A DNA stretch of 64,000 nt, taken from assembly GCA_963783665.1 (NCBI GenBank), contig CAWANZ010000002.1, positions 680,984 to 744,983 of the forward strand, in the 5' to 3' direction. Of the stretch, positions 62,242 to 64,000 are shown piece by piece. The notes below the pieces were generated by a model. It ran no database searches, was not told the DNA's origin, and saw only the letters and a list, made by a program, of their open reading frames with translations. Numbering within the stretch: the stretch's first letter is position 1; each line of letters begins with the position of its first letter. This stretch comes from Candidatus Aminicenantes bacterium (GTDB lineage: Bacteria; Acidobacteriota; Aminicenantia; Aminicenantales; UBA4085). Both the position numbers and the translations under genes were made by a program.

Positions 62242-64000
62242 CTATTTTGATTTCAAGTCGAAGACGAAATCCCAATCGTCCGGCGGCGGCGCGGCGGCCA
62301 GCGTCCGGCATCGTTCCCGATAGAGGGCCGCGACCGGGTCGTCCCCAAGCTCGACAAAGACTTTCTCCGCCGCGGAAAAATCGCGCGACCGAAAAATCGA
62401 CAAACCCCGGTGGAAGGAATCAACCCGCCGCAAGATCTCGTCCGCGACGCTTCCCTTGTCTCCGATCAGCTCGTAAATGCGTACGGGCTCTTTTTTGCCG
62501 ACGACCCGGATCACGTCGACTTCCCTGGCGACCAGCGCCTCTCCGGTTTTTTTCATGGTCGCTTCGCCGGCCAGGAGGTGGACGCCGTATTGCTTCCCGG
62601 CGCTTTCGAGCCGAGAAGCCAGGTTGATTGTATCGCCCATGGCCGTGTAATCGAACCGCCGGGACGAGCCCATGTTCCCCACGATCGCCGGACCGGTGTT
62701 GAGGCCGATCCGCATCTTGATCCGCCGGCCGTACTTCCTCTCGAGCTCGGGGGCAAGAGCGGCCACCCGGGCCTGACAATCCAAGGCCGTTCGGGCGGCC
62801 CGGAGAGCATGGTCGGGAACATCGATCGGCGCATTCCAAAAAGCGATGATCGCGTCGCCCTCATACTTGTCCAGCGTTCCCCCGGCATCAAGGATCAAAT
62901 CGGTCATCACGGTCAGGTATTCGTTGAGAAGGGCGACAAGCTTGGCCGGACCAAGGGCTTCCGAGATCGAAGTGAATCCGGCGACGTCTGAGAAGAAGGA
63001 CGTCACCTCCCGCTGCTCGCCGCCGAGCTTGAGCCGCCCGGGATCGGCGATGATCCGGTCGATGACGGCCGGGCTGAGATAGTGATGAAAGACGCCCTTG
63101 AGAAACCGTTTCTCCCGGCCTTCGACCATATAATTGAGGACGGCCGCGCCGACAATGGTCAGCAGGACCGCGGCCAGGGGGGCGACGAAATCCAGCCAGA
63201 TTCTCCCGGCAAATGCGGCCGTCGAGGCGGCGGCCGGGAAAAAGAGGAATCCCGCGAAAGCCGCGACTTGGGCCGCCGGCTTCCGAACGATGGAGACGGT
63301 CCAACCGGCGGCGAGAGCGAGAATCGAAATGAAGAGCCACGTGAGAAATCTGCCGGGGAATCCGAAGGATCGGTCATTGAGAATCGTATCCAGGGCTGCG
63401 GCCTGGATCTCTACCCCGGGAACCTTCCCGGAAAGCGGGCTGGCCTTGATGTCGAAAAGACCGATCGCGGTCAGGCCGATCAGGACCGTCTTCCCGGCGA
63501 ATTTTTCCGCGGGCACTTCGGGCGCTTCGCCCGCCTGGACCCGGGCAAACGAATTGATCACGGCCGCCGCGGTATAGGATTCATAAGCTGATCCGGTCTT
63601 TTCGTTCGGCCGGAAGAAACGGATGACTATCATCCGGTCGGACGCGGCCGCAATCGGCGGAAAATCCGCGTTCGGCCGGACGGCCATCGTCAAAGCGAAC
63701 GGGACCGAAGGGACAAAAAAAGAACTTTCGGAAGGCTCGTCGTCCCTGGTTCCCTGGAACGGGAAAAGGACGGGTGTGCGGCGGTAAATCGTGTCCGCAT
63801 CGGGGTTGACGCGAACATTGGCTGTTCCCCGGGCGGCGTTCAGAATCCCCGGAATCGGAAGAGTCGCAGACCGAAAAATCTCGCCCCAAACCTCGGAGCC
63901 GCCGTCTGGCGAGGCGCCCCGCAATGTGTTCGGAAGCCCGGCCTCGGCCTTCTCCCGGAAGGACTTCATCGCTCCGGGATCGAGTCTCGCTTCAGGGGCG
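62242..64000 (-). CDS. CHASE2-domain class III adenylate cyclase (5' end beyond window)
   Basis: CHASE2 tail (GKTVLIG, D...SP, PGVEIQA), 3 TM, FFSDVAGFT, DKYEGD, GLNTG..IVGNMGS, DYTAMGDTINLASRLE. Confidence 0.92.
   Translation of the reverse strand, partial: APEARLDPGAMKSFREKAEAGLPNTLRGASPDGGSEVWGEIFRSATLPIPGILNAARGTANVRVNPDADTIYRRTPVLFPFQGTRDDEPSESSFFVPSVPFALTMAVRPNADFPPIAAASDRMIVIRFFRPNEKTGSAYESYTAAAVINSFARVQAGEAPEVPAEKFAGKTVLIGLTAIGLFDIKASPLSGKVPGVEIQAAALDTILNDRSFGFPGRFLTWLFISILALAAGWTVSIVRKPAAQVAAFAGFLFFPAAASTAAFAGRIWLDFVAPLAAVLLTIVGAAVLNYMVEGREKRFLKGVFHHYLSPAVIDRIIADPGRLKLGGEQREVTSFFSDVAGFTSISEALGPAKLVALLNEYLTVMTDLILDAGGTLDKYEGDAIIAFWNAPIDVPDHALRAARTALDCQARVAALAPELERKYGRRIKMRIGLNTGPAIVGNMGSSRRFDYTAMGDTINLASRLESAGKQYGVHLLAGEATMKKTGEALVAREVDVIRVVGKKEPVRIYELIGDKGSVADEILRRVDSFHRGLSIFRSRDFSAAEKVFVELGDDPVAALYRERCRTLAAAPPPDDWDFVFDLKSK

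Noticed and set aside
120-64000. Numerous long antisense or alternate-frame ORFs (for example 120-1856, 20395-22029, 22011-23825, 38074-39651)
   Set aside because: These are shadows of real genes, typical of high-GC codon usage. They are Arg/Pro/Gly-rich with no recognisable motifs.
1-64000. CRISPR array, cas genes, transposases, phage or defence genes
   Set aside because: No regularly spaced direct repeats or recognisable motifs were found by eye.

Overview
GC-rich bacterial chromosomal segment. The gene styles and the C-terminal module of the 52.7-55.4 kb protein suggest an anaerobic Acidobacteriota/Ca. Aminicenantes-like organism; this is inference. Main contents in order: (1) a Wzx/Wzy exopolysaccharide operon (45-10575, minus) with an embedded geranylgeranyl-reductase-like gene and an ops-like element at its head; (2) thiC overlapping an endonuclease IV gene; (3) a second glycan-modification cluster (GT4, GT-C-like, GH38-like, asnB, nucleotide-sugar dehydrogenase, deacetylase, GT2, FAD oxidoreductase); (4) NCS2 permease, S41 protease, GT39 and an exported ADP-ribosylglycohydrolase; (5) porCDAB, a GGDEF protein, TlpA, a FadL-like barrel, an M14 peptidase and queH-hypF; (6) an AT-rich intergenic region with three consensus DnaA boxes and an IHF site (oriC-like, about 48.0-48.2 kb); (7) site-2 protease, ferredoxin, YfgM-like, GH95-like, a large secreted modular protein, a long palindromic element, GH3, YpfJ-like peptidase and tRNA-Arg(CCT); (8) at the right edge, a tightly coupled operon of CHASE2 adenylate cyclase, metallo-beta-lactamase phosphodiesterase-like enzyme and an MscS channel with a cNMP-binding domain. 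Many genes carry single-base indels, densest at 41-61 kb. These most likely reflect long-read consensus errors, so several long ORF-track 'fusions' are artefacts. No CRISPR array, transposase, integrase or rRNA was seen.
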